Origin: Gnetum montanum
Taxonomy: Eukaryota; Plantae; Gnetophyta
Assembly: GCA_015680685.1 (NCBI GenBank)
Contig: MNCI01000535.1
Coordinates: 93,844 to 157,843 of the forward strand
Length of the DNA stretch: 64,000 nucleotides
Direction of reading: 5' to 3'
The translations under genes and the position numbers were made by a program. Numbering within the stretch: position 1 is the first letter of the stretch; every line of letters begins with the position of its first letter. Shown here in pieces: positions 13,271-26,846 of the stretch. Below the pieces are notes generated by a model, which had not been told where the DNA came from, ran no database searches, and worked only from the letters and a program-made list of their open reading frames with translations.

Positions 13271-14115
13271 TGATGAGCTACAATATTGGGACTGCAATAT
13301 CACATCTGTGATATTAGGTCCATGATATTGGATCTTGCCAAGCGATATTGGACATCCGATATTGGGACCTATCTCGTTGCCTATAAATAAGAGGCGGGTG
13401 CACTTGGTTTGGAAATTGGTTCTTAATCCCTTACCCAAACTCTTGTAGTTTCTCCCTCTTAGAGTTAGAATTATTTCTAAGTTCCCACAGTAGGAGTCAT
13501 AAAGCAAACAAATCTTTATTCAAGCATTGTGTACTTGAGCACACCTTGTGTTCAAAAATAAAGACGAACTTTGTGATAAATCTTACAACATTCAGAATAG
13601 CTTATCTCTCACCCTTAATGATATTTATAGTTCTTTAATGCTTTCATTAGTTAATTAATGTTGCTTTTATTGATTTTTAAATTTTCACAAGTAAGCACAC
13701 TCAGTACGACCACTTCAAGCATGCATGGAACACTTGGTAACCTTGTAATGATTAACATTTGGTAATCCTAGTAGTGTTGCACTAGTTCAAGATGTGTACA
13801 GAAAGTGGGAAAAAATGTTGGTGTTAGGAATAGTTAGGACCTAGCTAATTAGTTAATTTAAATTAGTTATTCAATTAATTCGCTTCTCCCCTCTTTAGCA
13901 CCAAGACATAAAACATAAAAAGCATATAAATCATATACCTCAAGTTTACTTAACCATACAATCGTGCTATACGATTAAGCTTGGGAAGACAACAATCACC
14001 TAATCCATCTTTGTTCTATGAAGGCACATAAGCACTTAGTCCTTGGAGTTCAACCAAATCACATGTAACACTCATATTCATATGGTTGAGTGTAGGGGTA
14101 CCTTACCACTCATCA
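13271..14115 (+). repeat. 5' LTR of the Athila element
   Basis: High by-eye identity to 22378-23194; contains TATAAATA at ~13382. Confidence 0.92.
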
Positions 14116-14116
14116 T

Positions 14117-14134
14117 TGGTGTCGTTGCTAGGGA
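14117..14134 (+). other. Primer binding site (tRNA-Asp type) of the Athila element
   Basis: TGGTGTCGTTGCTAGGGA versus canonical TGGCGCCGTTGCCGGGGA; all differences are transitions. Confidence 0.85.
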
Positions 14135-14259
14135 ATTTATTGTTTGTGTGCTAATTAGAACTTAGGAATATTCCCATCATTGGAAAGAACCCTTAGGGTT
14201 GGTTATCTTAAAATTATAAGAAAAGAGAAGAGAAAAGTGTCATACATTGAATATTAGTC

Positions 14260-17200
14260 ATGTCTCCTTCTTCTTATGAGAGTGTTTCACTGCCTAGGTT
14301 TGACACAATGAACAATCGGAGGCATAGTCCACATGATGATGATCCACCAGTGCCCCAATAGTTTCACTTGGTATATGCTCATATCAATGAGTATGTACCA
14401 GAATTTACCTTTATTCTCCATTAGGATGAACAATTGCAATGGCATGATTTAGAGGGTAACATAATGTTACCACCCAATCACTCAATCCCAAGCATGCTTC
14501 TTTGTGCTCTCACACGAATTGGTATGTAGCACTTACAGTCGAAGTACATTGTGCATGAACAAGATTCAAGAGATTATCAACCCATGGAGGCACAATGTCA
14601 AAGGGACTTACAATAGGAGAGACATCATAAATCTATGAAGGAGAAGTGGTCTCATGACATCTTGTATGTCCTAAGTGAAAATAAGGGTGGTGAACCTACC
14701 TCGGGAGGTTTTCCGCATAACGATGTTCGTCTCATTGACTTCGGTCAAGGAGTTGTGTATCAGAATTTTCACTCAACCATTCATAACTTAGGTTTTGATA
14801 CAAATGGACACAAAGAGTCTGAGAAAGGAACACAAACACATGACAAAGATGGACATTATAATCATAACCGTGATCAAGGCCATGACCATTGAAGAGAAGG
14901 TAGGAGGCACCATCATGGTGATGATCCTCCTTCCTCTTCACCTTCATCATCTCCTTCCTCCTCTTCTTTGAGATTTGAATGTAGTCATAGAGGGAAAGAC
15001 CCTGAGGAGAATGGTAGGCGAAATAGGAATAATAGATAAAACAGTCAAGAAAGGGAATGAGGGCATTCTAGAGAAACACATAGCAAAAGGAGGGAGATTA
15101 GGGAACAACATAGGCATCATAGATGCCATAGAAAACACGATCACAATGAACCCCTACTCGCTACCTAAAGTATGCTAGATATAACTGAGGCTATTAAAAG
15201 CCCTACAAGGCACCAAAAAGATAGCAGGATTAAGAGATTAGACATGAAAAATATCCAAAAATTTGAAGGGGGATATAATGTTGATCCTTAAAATCATTTG
15301 CAAGAATTTCATGATGCATGTGCCTTGCAAAACATAGAAAATGAGTGGCAAAAACTCAAGTTGTTTTCATGGACACTGATCAAGGAAGCAGAAAGCTGGT
15401 ATCGATCCTTAGAAATGGAATCCATTTGCCAATGAAGTACCATGTTAGAACTATTTAATGATAAGTATCAAACATACTTCCAATTGTCCAACCTATGAAA
15501 GCAAATCCAAGGATGGAAACAAGGAGGACATGAACCCTTGGATGCTAAAATGGGCTAATAGTATGCATTATTACATCGTTTCCCTAGCCATTGTTACTTG
15601 CAGAGGAAACAAATACGTCATCTTGTAGATGGACTTAGGCACAAAACACAAAGAACCCTTGGGGCTTATGCCTGAGGAAGACTATCCAAGCTTAGAGCCC
15701 ATCAAGTACAAATATTGTTGGAGAAAGTTGCCAAGGAGGAAGGAGAGTTAAGGAAAAGAGAGAGTGCAGAGGAATACAATAGAGATCCTTCCCTTTGAAA
15801 GAAGGGAATTAGATTTTGTGAGGATGAAGAAGAGTCACCAATTAAAGAGATGGTGAATAGGAAAACTTTGCCCATTCAAAAACTTGCATCAAAAGTATCG
15901 ACAAAGCTAGACCAAATGTGGGACTCCCTAGATAATAAATTTTAAATTATTCTCAAAATAGTAGAGGAGTCTAGGGAACTAGGTAGTGACCAAGAAAGGA
16001 GAAAAAGGAAAGAAATTGAATATGCACATAACAAAGGTAAGGGAAAAGCTGCCATCATTAAAGAGGTTGTGTATTCATATATAGATAATGATGGTGAATG
16101 TGAGATATGTCAATATGACTATCCTAAGGGATGTTGCCCAGTAATCTCACATCTGTAGGAGTTTAGGGTGTATGCACTAAACCCATGATTAAACAGATGG
16201 CAAACACCCTGAAGGTTACCTTATCATCAAGGTAGCCCAAGATAGTTCCACCAACCCTTGATGTATTATCCAAGTGGAACTCCACCACAACCAAATGAAC
16301 AGTATCAACAGTGGAAACACCCACAATCATGGGGAATGCCACCACCATGTCAACAATACCCTTACCATCAACCTGACCCATATGGATACTACATGTAGTA
16401 GCCAATATTTCCACGTGATTCTACTAGTTACATTACTTCTTAGTCTTACTACCAAACCCATGAGTACTATAGAACTCCTTCTCCTACAGGATAGGTTCCA
16501 CAAATGTAGTATCCTTCTTAGCTGACTACACCTCTTCCACCCTTAGCTCCATTACCACCTACTCCAGCTATGCAGGGTGTGTTCCTTGCCTAGCCATAGC
16601 AACGTAATGCTATAAGGGTTGTCAACACTCAACCTACTATTGGTTCAGACAATCGCATAAAGAAGAGACCTTTCTTTAGAGCCAATAGTCCAACTAAGTC
16701 CTTGCAACCACAAGAGGAAAATTATCCAAACGCCTCACCACCATTTGAATCTTTGAAGCTTCCTTCAAACCAAATACTGCACTTAACACACATGGTCATG
16801 TTGACTCATGCAATTACTAATTCGATTAAAGCTGGCTATCTTCTTAGGAAATTATTTGATCCTAAAAGTCCTCTTATATATTTGCAAATCACTGGGAACA
16901 AATCTTGCAAAGCTCTTTTGGATTCAGGTTCTGGTGTTAACTTAATCTTTCAAGAAATGTCCAAAGCCTGGAAGCTGCCTCCACTAAAAAGGAGTAACAT
17001 ACGTTTAGAGTTGGTCGACTAGTCCATCGTTGTCCCATTATGAATAGTGGAGGACATTGTTACCACTGTTTGTGGATGGTCATATCTAGCTGATTTCCTA
17101 ATGATTCAAGTTAACAACTATAAGGGGGACTTTTCAATCATAATGAGAAGAGCATGGCTAAGCACAATTGACACACGCCTAGGAATACATGATCTTTTCC

Positions 17201-20200
17201 TAGAAATATGAAAGGAAAATACATTTGGAAAGATTAAGAAGAAAAAAGTTCCATGCATTGCATATGGTGACATGAGGTGTAATTGCGTGCAGAAGTCCTG
17301 GTTTGTACAACATTTAACATTGCCTACATGCAACCAGTGTGCACTAATAACTAACATACAAAGATGCCTATATGCAGCAGCCACAAGATAGGAAGGCACC
17401 TAGTGGCTGTCAGTTAACCTAGAGAATGATTTAGCTATATGCATGGAACCAATTGAGAGCTTGCCTTGCACCTACATTGATAGCATAGATACATTAGAGC
17501 AAGTCCATCACCAACTTCCAAGTCTTGACATTGAAAATATCAACTAGGGGAAGTTGGAAATCCCTGATGAGTTCAAGAAAAAGACCCTCGAGTTAAAAAT
17601 GTTGCCCACTAGTATGAAGTATACATTTCTCAAAAATGAAAAATTGGTAATCATTAATGCTAAGCTCACCCCTCAACAAAATGAAAGATTGTTGAAAATG
17701 GTAAACAAATGGTTGAAGGCCTTTGCTTGGTCATATCCCAAATTAACTGGAATACATCCTAGGATATGCCAACATAGAATTTACACTGACCCCTCCATGA
17801 AACCTCAATGACAACCATAGAGGTGACTGAACCCAAAGCTTAAGTAAGTGGTTAAAGAAGAAATTGAACAACTTCTAAAAGTTGGGTTCATCTATCCCAT
17901 TACTGATAGTGAATGGGTTAGTCCATTAGTCATTGTGCCTAAAAAAAGAGGTAAATGGAGGATGTGTATAGACTTTAGGCTACTAAACATGGAAACATTC
18001 GAAGACCACTTCCCATTGTCATTCGTTGACCAAGTCTTAGATACCATTGCAGGTTATTACTACTATAGTTTTCTAGATGGCTACAGTGGATACAATCAAA
18101 TCCAAATAGCACTAGAAGACCAAGTCAATATTATGTTCACAAGTCCTTGGGGAACATTTGCATATAAGTAGATGCCATTTGGCTTGTGCAATGCCCCAGA
18201 AAAATTTCAATGTTTGGTTCTAAGTATCTTTCAGTAGCAAATATGAAATGGTGTGGAGGTCTTTATGGACGATTTCTCCACCTATGGAGCAAACTTCGAA
18301 CAAGCATTGGACCAGTTAGAGCAAGTACTGAAATGATGCGTAGAAATCAACTTAAGGCTCAACTGGCAAAAAATCCATATAATGGTCCTAGAAGGCATTG
18401 TATTAGGGCACAATATTTCACAAACATGGATAAAAGTAGATCCTAAAAAGATTAAGGTCATCCAAGGAATCACTTAGTAACCTGAAACTTTAAAAGACAT
18501 TTGATCATTCCTTGGACATACTAGCTATTATAGATGCTTCATTGAGAACTTTTCAAGGATAGAAAAACCTTTGGTAGCACTAACAAAGAAGGACGTACCT
18601 TTTGAATGGACCAAGGAATGTGAGCTAGCCTTCCAAACCTTAAAATAGAAGCTTCTAGAAACACCTATTTTACAAGCTCCTAACTGGTCCAAACAATTCC
18701 ACATAATGAATGATGCGTCCAACTTTACCTTAGGAGCTGTACTTACACAGTTAGATGACAAAAAATGACCCTATTACATCCACTATGCAAGTCAAAGTAT
18801 CGTTGGTGCACAACTCAATTATACCATAACGGAAAAAGAGTTAATGGCTATGTTGTTTACACTAGAAAAATTTAGTCACTATGTATTGGGCTATAAGATA
18901 TTTGTACATATGGATCATAGTGCAATTCAGTTCCTAATGAATAAACCAATGGTAAGCCCTCACATCATACGATGGCTCATGATCTTACAAGAGTTCGATC
19001 TTACGATGATCGATCGTAAAGGCATCGAGAATGTTGTTGCTGATCATTTATCTCGGTTACAATGGGACAACAAAGAGGATGAATATCCAATTTTTGACCA
19101 TTTCTTTGATGAACTTATCTTTGTAGGTGTGATAAACAATCACTTACCCACTCATACAAATTGGTATAGTAGCATTCTCACTTATCTGCTGACACAAGAA
19201 ACACCACATGGGTTAGACGTTAAAAAGAAACAATAGTTTCTTCACTGAGCCAAATATTTCATGGAAATCAATGGGCACCTTTATAAGGTGTGTTCTAATG
19301 GTTTGGTCCGATGGTGTGTTCCCAATGTAGATCAATTTTGAGTTCTCCAAGAAACTCATGAGGGTCCTTATGGGGGTCATTACGCTAGGAGAAGAATAGC
19401 CATGAAAATATTTCTTGTAGGATATTATTGGCCTACATTGTTCTAGGATGCTCATCATTTTGTCCAATCTTGTGAGCGTTGCCAACGTAATGGGAGAATG
19501 ACTGCTAAAATGGAGGGTCTACAACAATGGATTCAACGTTTAGAACCCTTTGACATATGGGGTATTGATTTTATGAGGCCTATTACACCGATGTCTAATG
19601 GAAAATCCCACATTATTGTTGTTTTTGACTATTTTATCAAGTGGAAAAAGCAACCACTGTTACAAACTATACATCATCTACCACTACACTATTTGTTCAA
19701 CAAAAAATCATAAACAAATTTGGCATGCCTCGTGCACTTATTTCTAACAATGGTACACATTTCACAGGTGTGACTTTTCGAAAGTTAATGCAACACTTAG
19801 GAGTTGAGCATAAACTAACTACATCATATCATCCTCAAGCGAATGGTCAAGCCGAGGTCACCAATAGGGAGATCACAAAAATATTGACATGAACCATTAG
19901 CAAGTATAGGTGAGACTGGAGCACCAAACTAAATGATGATATCTAGGCATACCGCTCCACATGGAAACTCTCTATAGGATACTCTCCATATGAGTTAGTG
20001 TACAGTAAAATTTTGATGCTTCCTATTCAAGCTGAGCTCCATATAGTATCCAAGCCATGTGACCTTAACCTTGACCTCAATCTAGCACAAAAAGAACGGT
20101 TAATGAACCTTAAGTTGCTAGATGAGAATTAACTAGCCACCCTATCGTCTAATGAATTGCACAAGTCCTTTAACAAACAATGTCATGACCTAAGGATTAG

Positions 20201-20400
20201 GAATTCAAATACCAATTGGGAGATAAGGTTCTTTATTGGAATCCCACACATGTACCACAACGAACTAAATTCAAACGCTATGGGAAGGACCTTATATCAT
20301 TCATGAAACTTTTTCTTTAGGGGCCATGATGATCTACAAATCTTAAAGCCCAAATAAGGAGTTATTGGTTAACATCCAACAAACCAAACCCTTCCATGAG
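14260..20400 (+). pseudogene. Athila gag-pol remnant
   Basis: PR: KALLDSGSGVNLI. RT: VKEEIEQLLKVGFIYPITDSEWVSPLVIVPKK, YSFLDGYSGYNQI, VFMDDFS. RH: DHSAIQFLM..RWLMILQEFD..ENVVADHLSRL. INT: PFDIWGIDFM, FGMPRALISNNGTHF, YHPQANGQAEVTNREI. Start coordinate is approximate. Confidence 0.92.
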
Positions 20401-22135
20401 CCTAAAAAAACTAGTACTAATACTACCTTTGTTGGTGAACAACCTTGCCCATTATTTTGGAACTCTTTCCAATTTAGTCATGGGGGAGATGGCCACCAAT
20501 GCTAACCATTCTAAGCCCTCAGTTCCTTTGCCTTTTTTTGTTTTTTTTTACACATTTTTCATCTTTACTTATTTTTGTTTTACACCATCATTAACATTTT
20601 TACTATTTCTTTGTTTGATTTATTCTTATTCGTCACATAACAACTGCTCACAATGGTGGGTTGTATTATAATAAGTGTTAATTGCTAATGTTTGATTTTT
20701 ACCTTTGACTTTCAATGTTGATGCTAAGATATGGTTTCTTTTGATAAAATAGGCAATGATTCTATGGTCTTCCTTGTTTTGGAAATGTACTATCCCTTTT
20801 CTAAGTAAAATTATTAATGAATTGATGCCTTAGTACTTTTCAAACCAAGAAAAGATTCAAATGGATAGAAAAGGATGTGACCTCAAGGGGATTTGATGCA
20901 TTTGTTCTAGCTATTCTCTTAGGTACTTAGATTTTTTTCATAGGTTTTCCGCCATCCCACTCTTGATCAAATATCAAGGAGCTGACTAAATTAAATAAGT
21001 CTTTGCATGTTGTGGTTCTCACATTAAAAAAAATAAAAGAAAAAAAAAACTATTGAGAATCCAAAGCACACCCCTTAGACATAATAATAAAGAAACATAG
21101 GGTACAAGCACTGGTTATGGCATTGGAAAGACATGTTACCCATGCCTGAAGGTTCCCTCTAACTAAGGTCCTTTCTCACTTCTTGCTTCTTATCTTGTTG
21201 GGATGGTGAAAGCTTTGTGGATGCATTCTTGTTACTTTAGAAGATGCGTTGGTCAAGTGTGTTGATGCATGGTCATTGGATGTGGATAGTTGAATCTAGA
21301 TTTGGACAGAATTTTATTAAGTCACCTTAACCACATATTACACAAGGGACTTTACACCACCTTAATTTTGAGACTCCATCCCATTCTCTCCTCTCTTTCC
21401 ATATTGCTTTCCACATTCCACCTCATTGCCATTTTTATGACGAGTCTATATCTTGGGTGATGCATTATTAGTCTTCGGTAAAACTCTTGTGGGTAAGTCC
21501 TTAACCTTTGTTTTCATATGTCATTCCAAGAGCCTATGGACTCTTCAGTTTGTAGGTTTGTTAGGGAATTCAGGGCATGAGCCTACTTTGGGGAGGATCC
21601 ACTGGCATTCCTTTTTGGTGCAATTGTTAAGATCTTTTCCTTCAACATTTCTCACAATCAACTATTTCTCAATCACCCCATCAATAACATCCATTTTTGC
21701 TTTTGTTTTATTGGCTTCACTATTGTTATTTCTCTTTCTTATTCTTTAAATATTTCCACCCTATTGCTACCAAAGGTTTGCTCTTAGTCATGGGGGCCCT
21801 ATCATAAAGTTTTCCATTACATAATTATCTTACCCCTACACCTTGGGTAGTTATCAGTCATAAACCTCTAACCGAGTATCTGCCATACCCACAACCTAGC
21901 CAATGTGCTTTATATTGAGGCAGGGTATTAGTTGCATTAGGTTTTATCTACCCTTGCTAATCCATGAGTGTGTTGTGTGTGTAGATGGTGATTACATGAA
22001 TAATGGATTGGGATAAGAGGAAGCACTCATGATGGACTGGAGCTAGAGCATTTACACAAGGAACAAGTTTGGACATGTGGCTATGGATGAACAATAGTGT
22101 GCATAGTTTCAACATCGGTAGCAATGCACCTCATT

Positions 22136-22158
22136 TTCTCTCTCTCTCTCTCTCTCTC
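22136..22158. repeat. (CT)n microsatellite
   Basis: Direct observation. Confidence 0.9.
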
Positions 22159-22377
22159 TTCAAGTTGTCAAATGAGAGTTTGGATGTCATCTATGTACAT
22201 TGTTCACCACAATGGACATGAAAAACCAATGCTATAATATATTTGTTGATTCATTCCCCGGGCACTTTGAGTCTATCATCCCATGTCATCGTCAGTTTTA
22301 ATTCAGTCAATAATCCCATACCTTTCCAATATTTTGTAAGGAAATCAAGGATGAGTTTTCATTCAATTGTGGGGGTA

Positions 22378-23194
22378 TGATGAGCTATGATATTAGGGCC
22401 ATGATATCACATCTTGCCAAGTGATATCAGACATCCAATATCGGGACCTATCTCATTGCCTATAAATAAGAGGTGGGTGCACTTGGTTTTGTAATTAGTT
22501 CTTAGTCCCTTACCCAAACTCTTGCAGTTTCTCCCTCTTAGAGTTAGAATTATTTATGAGTGCCCAAAGTAGGAGTCATAAAGCGAACAAATCTTTATTT
22601 GAGCATTATGTACCTAAGCATTCCTTATGTCCAGAAATAAAAACAAACTTTGTGATAAACCTTGCATCATTCAAAATAGCTTATCTCTCACCCTTAATGC
22701 TATTTACAGTTATTTAATGCTTTCATTAGTTAATTAATGTTATTTTTATTGATTTGTTAATTTTCACAAGTAAGAACACTTAGTGCGACCACTTTGAGCA
22801 TGCGTGGAACACTTGGTAACCTAGTAATGATTAGCGTTTGGTAATCCCAGTAGTGTTGCACTCATTTAGGATGTGTACAGAAAGTGGAAATGGATGCTAG
22901 TGTTAGGACTAGTTAGGACCTAGCTGATTAGTTAATTTAAATTAGTTATTTAATTAATTCACTTCTCCCCTCTTTAGCACCAGGACATAAAACATAAAAA
23001 GCATAAAAATCATATACTTCAAGTTTACGTAACCATACAATTGTGCCATATGAATAAGCTTGGAAAGATAATGATCACCTAACCCATTCTTATTTTGTGA
23101 AAGTGCATAAGAACTTAGTCCTTGGAGTTTGATTGGATCATGCATAATGCTCATATTCATATGGTTGAGCGTAGGGATACCTTGCTGCTCATCA
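22378..23194 (+). repeat. 3' LTR of the Athila element
   Basis: Matches 13271-14115; preceded by the PPT-like tract. Confidence 0.92.
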
Positions 23195-26100
23195 ATCTTT
23201 ATGGCCTGGATCTAGTCAGCTAGACCGAGTTTGTTAATGACTAGGAATGGGATGAAGTTGGTCATCATCTTGTCATCAACATGTATCCTACAAATCTTGC
23301 ATTACCCTACATGGATAGTTATAAACATTGATGAAATGGTAACTTGGCCCTTTTCAGGGTCTACCTTGATTGCCTCATCATGAAACACTAGATGTGTTGG
23401 ACTTGATTCCTGAGGCGAAGGAGGATGCATCATAGCATGGATGGCTTGTTCATCTACTGGGATGTCCTCCTTGATAGGAATGAAGGCCAACATGAAAACT
23501 AGTGCTTTGCAATGAGAGGAGGAGGTCATCATCAAGTTGTATAGGCTCAAGGTTGTATTTGTTTGTTTAAGAGCCTACTTGACTTGTGCCAACACGTCTA
23601 GAAAATTCATGCCATCGTCAATTTCCTTGTTAGCCTTCATATCCTTCATGAGGTCCAAAAGATGAATCTCTTGGGAAGGAGATTTAGGATTGTTTTGTTT
23701 TGCTTGCCTATGAGCCTCAATGCTTGATTGTTGATTGCTTGTTGTAGTGGCTTCGGCTGATGTGGCCATAGGAATAGCAAACAAGGGGACAAGCTTATGT
23801 GAACCTAATTCCATACATTCCCTCATCGTTTGGTTAATGAGGTGCTCATTTGGCCTCCTAGGCTACCACCTCGACTACCTACTGTTGTATGCAGGATGAG
23901 GCCTTGGGAAAGTAGGGCTTATTGCAGTCCCCACCATTGGAATTAACGAGGGGTCCATACATTGCAGCATCCTTTCAAAAAAGGGTGTTTGGGTTGTAGT
24001 TGCTACAACATGCTATGGGGTCCTAACCACAAAGGCTGTCATGGGTGCCCAAGGTGGTGCTTTAATGATAAAAGGGATCCTTGGATTGGTTGACACCAAA
24101 GAGGCCCCAATGTTATCAGAGGGGACACGACCCACAAATGGCTCTTCTGATAATCCTACATTGTCATTAATGCTGATGCCATTGATGACATAGGCTGTAC
24201 CACTTGCATTGAGAGGGTCTTTTTAGACCTTCATTGATTGATTTTTTGGTCAAACTAGGTTTGTTGAATTAAGAACCACTTGGCCTTAGTCAATCATCCA
24301 TTGTATTTCATCCCATAAGGCCATGTAGAAGTCCATGTCATGGCCAAGCAATTGATGATAATGGCAGAACTGGTCCAACTTGAAGTGTTTTGGGATTGGA
24401 GGCTTATTTGGTGTGGCTACTAATGGGTTTCCGAGGAGCTCACAGTAGTGATCATGGATCATGATGCTTGCAAGCATCTTCAGACATTTGCTTATACTAG
24501 ATGCGCCCAGCATTAAGCAGTTGACCCAATAGTTCCAATGGTTTGATGGGAAAAAATGTATACATTGAGTAGTCCTTATGCTCAAAGTTTGGCCTTGGGG
24601 TAGCTTGCCCCATGGCCACTAATGATGCAGGTTAGTTGGTCACCATCGTGCTAGAGCCAGTTTCCTTGTTGTTGGCTAGGAACTTGGTTGCCTTGGCCCT
24701 TGGTTTGGTATTGTTCGACTTGGCCTCATTATCCACTACTACAAGGGTTATTGTTGCCTTGCCCTTATCCTTGTCTTTTTTCACATGTGCATTTTTGTAG
24801 GCCACATAGGCTAGATCCTTACTAGCTTCCACTACATCCTAAATTCTCTTCATTTGAGAAAATGCTTGGCTCAAGGAGTATAGGGAAAGATAGTACAATT
24901 TTGAATTAATGAAGTCATTTACTAAACCTTTGAAAATGGCCAATAGGTGAGCTTTCGCTATAGGCTCACGGATTTCATTAAGTGTAGTGCTCCATTGTTG
25001 GATAAACTTTTGAATGGGATCTAAGTGGCCCTACTTGATCTGCATGAGTTAGTCTAGGGTTGCCTCAGGCTTCAAGTTTTACTTGAAGTAAGTGATAAAT
25101 TGGCTAAGTAAATCCTCCAACGAAGATATGGAGGTCCTAGGGAGCATGCGATACTAGTCTAGCACCTTACCAATTAGGGACATGTCAAACACATGAATGA
25201 TTGCATATGGTCATGCTTGCAACAAAAGGCACTTAGATTGGAGGGTCACTAGATTGGTATGGGGGTTCCCTTCACCATCATATTTGGTGAACTGGGGAAG
25301 TTGAATACTAGAAGGTAAGGTCAACGATGGGACAATGGGACTAATGGGATCATCTTAGTAGAAGTTCATCACCTAGACCATATTAGAAGAGGTGGCCTTA
25401 AGCTATTTGACCTCTTCAGTGAGTGTCTAAATGAGTTGGAATGCTTGATCTAGGCTTAGTGTGGGTGTGGTTGGCTATGTTGGTTGTGCAACCTGTTGTG
25501 TTGTTGGTGTGGTCCATGGACCTATCATAGGCTATGCAAACATGTAGGATGCTTCTTGAGTGTAGTGCTATAAAGGCTATTATGCATGCTACTATTTTTT
25601 GTGTTGTGCCCAGGCACAGAGGTAGGCCGCCACCACATGGTTATGGCTTGGGCTATCATAGGGGGTGCCATAGAGATAAGTGGAACATACGACACCTAAC
25701 CTACATAGGGCTAGGAAGTTGGCACTGTATACACGTAGGGTTGAGTTGGCATCATGAATGTTGGCATAGAGGATCACACAGACTATGCCAAAACCACAAA
25801 GGGTAAGGTAATAAATGGTCTTGCATCCTATTGTGTATGCACTTGATGGATTGCCACAATGGGCATTAGTCTAGGTGGTGATAATGGAGATGTTTCTGCC
25901 TTAAAGAAGGTAGACGATTGAGGCTACAAAGGAACAACATTAGAGGTTGACATTAGGAAAGAAACATAAAAGGTATTCTCATTTTCTAGGTGAGCCTTAA
26001 ATTCCTCTTGCCCATCTTATAGAGGTTTCTCATAGTCAATTGTTGCATTGTGTTCATTCAACCCACTCAATCAAATAAGTTGGTTGAGCATCCACTGAAA
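23195..26100 (-). pseudogene. Tat gag and N-terminal protease remnant
   Basis: PQFTKYDGEGNP (~25270), retrotransposon-gag-like helices, and the Tat-type knuckle CHYHQLLGHDMDFYMALWDEIQWMID (24286-24400). Upstream boundary is approximate. Confidence 0.8.
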
Positions 26101-26822
26101 GGTCTTGATGAGGGGGATTAGATCATTAGGGGTAGGGAAGTACTCCCTCTAGTTTTTATGTATGAGATCATAACCTTACTTTGCCTCTAACTCTTGGTGG
26201 TATAAGGGAATGCCTACTTGGACCTTCACACAATGAAAGTTATATTTTTCTTTGTCGAGAATCATGTGCTCAAGAGATTGGTTACAAAGCCTGAGGGATT
26301 GCCTTCCCACAAAGATGGACCCCCTGGTTCGAAGGATGTTGATTGTGAATTCTTGCTAGACAAGTCAAACAACAACTGTGCCTAAGGTAGAGGTTCAAGG
26401 CTCTTCAGGATTCATGTTGCTATGGAAAGATGCAAAAGGTGCAACATAGGAAAAGAAGTGATTAAGTATAATGAATGCTAAAAATGTCTAAGTATAGAAA
26501 TGCAAAAATGATAACCAAGTATGAGAACACTACTAGAAAAAGTGTCGAACTCTGGTGCTACACTTGCTATGCTATAGCTTTCTACGCTCCTATGTTGAGG
26601 GCAAGCTATGCTCTTTCTAGCACATAGAGTTTAGGGCCCAAGTGCGAGGGATATACTTTAGGTTTTGTCCTTCAGGGTTCTAGAGGAACTGACAACTAGG
26701 AACAATCTACACCAACTGGATCATAGATAACCATAGGGATGTCACATCTATGCTAGTTCAAACCTAGTAACGGAGGTGCAGAGAGAATGTGGGACTACCA
26801 CTGAATGCATAAGGAGATGGTA

Positions 26823-26841
26823 GGTCCTCCATCTAGCACCA
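26823..26841 (-). other. Primer binding site of the Tat element, complementary to the 3' end of plant tRNA-Asn
   Basis: Minus strand TGGTGCTAGATGGAGGACC versus TGGCGCTAGAAGGAGGG; 5 nt from the LTR. Confidence 0.7.
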
Positions 26842-26846
26842 AAAAC

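Larger units (their letters stand above)
13271..23194 (+). mobile_element. Full-length degenerate Athila-type Ty3/gypsy retrotransposon inserted into the Tat protease
   Basis: LTRs 13271-14115 and 22378-23194 (TGATG...CATCA). TSD GTCTT/ATCTT. PBS TGGTGTCGTTGCTAGGGA (tRNA-Asp type). PPT-like AATTGTGGGGGTA. gag-PR-RT-RH-INT on the plus strand. Confidence 0.92.

Noticed and set aside
20400-22377. env-like ORF expected in the Athila 3' region
   Set aside because: Only short hydrophobic ORFs from T-rich sequence; no supportable motif.
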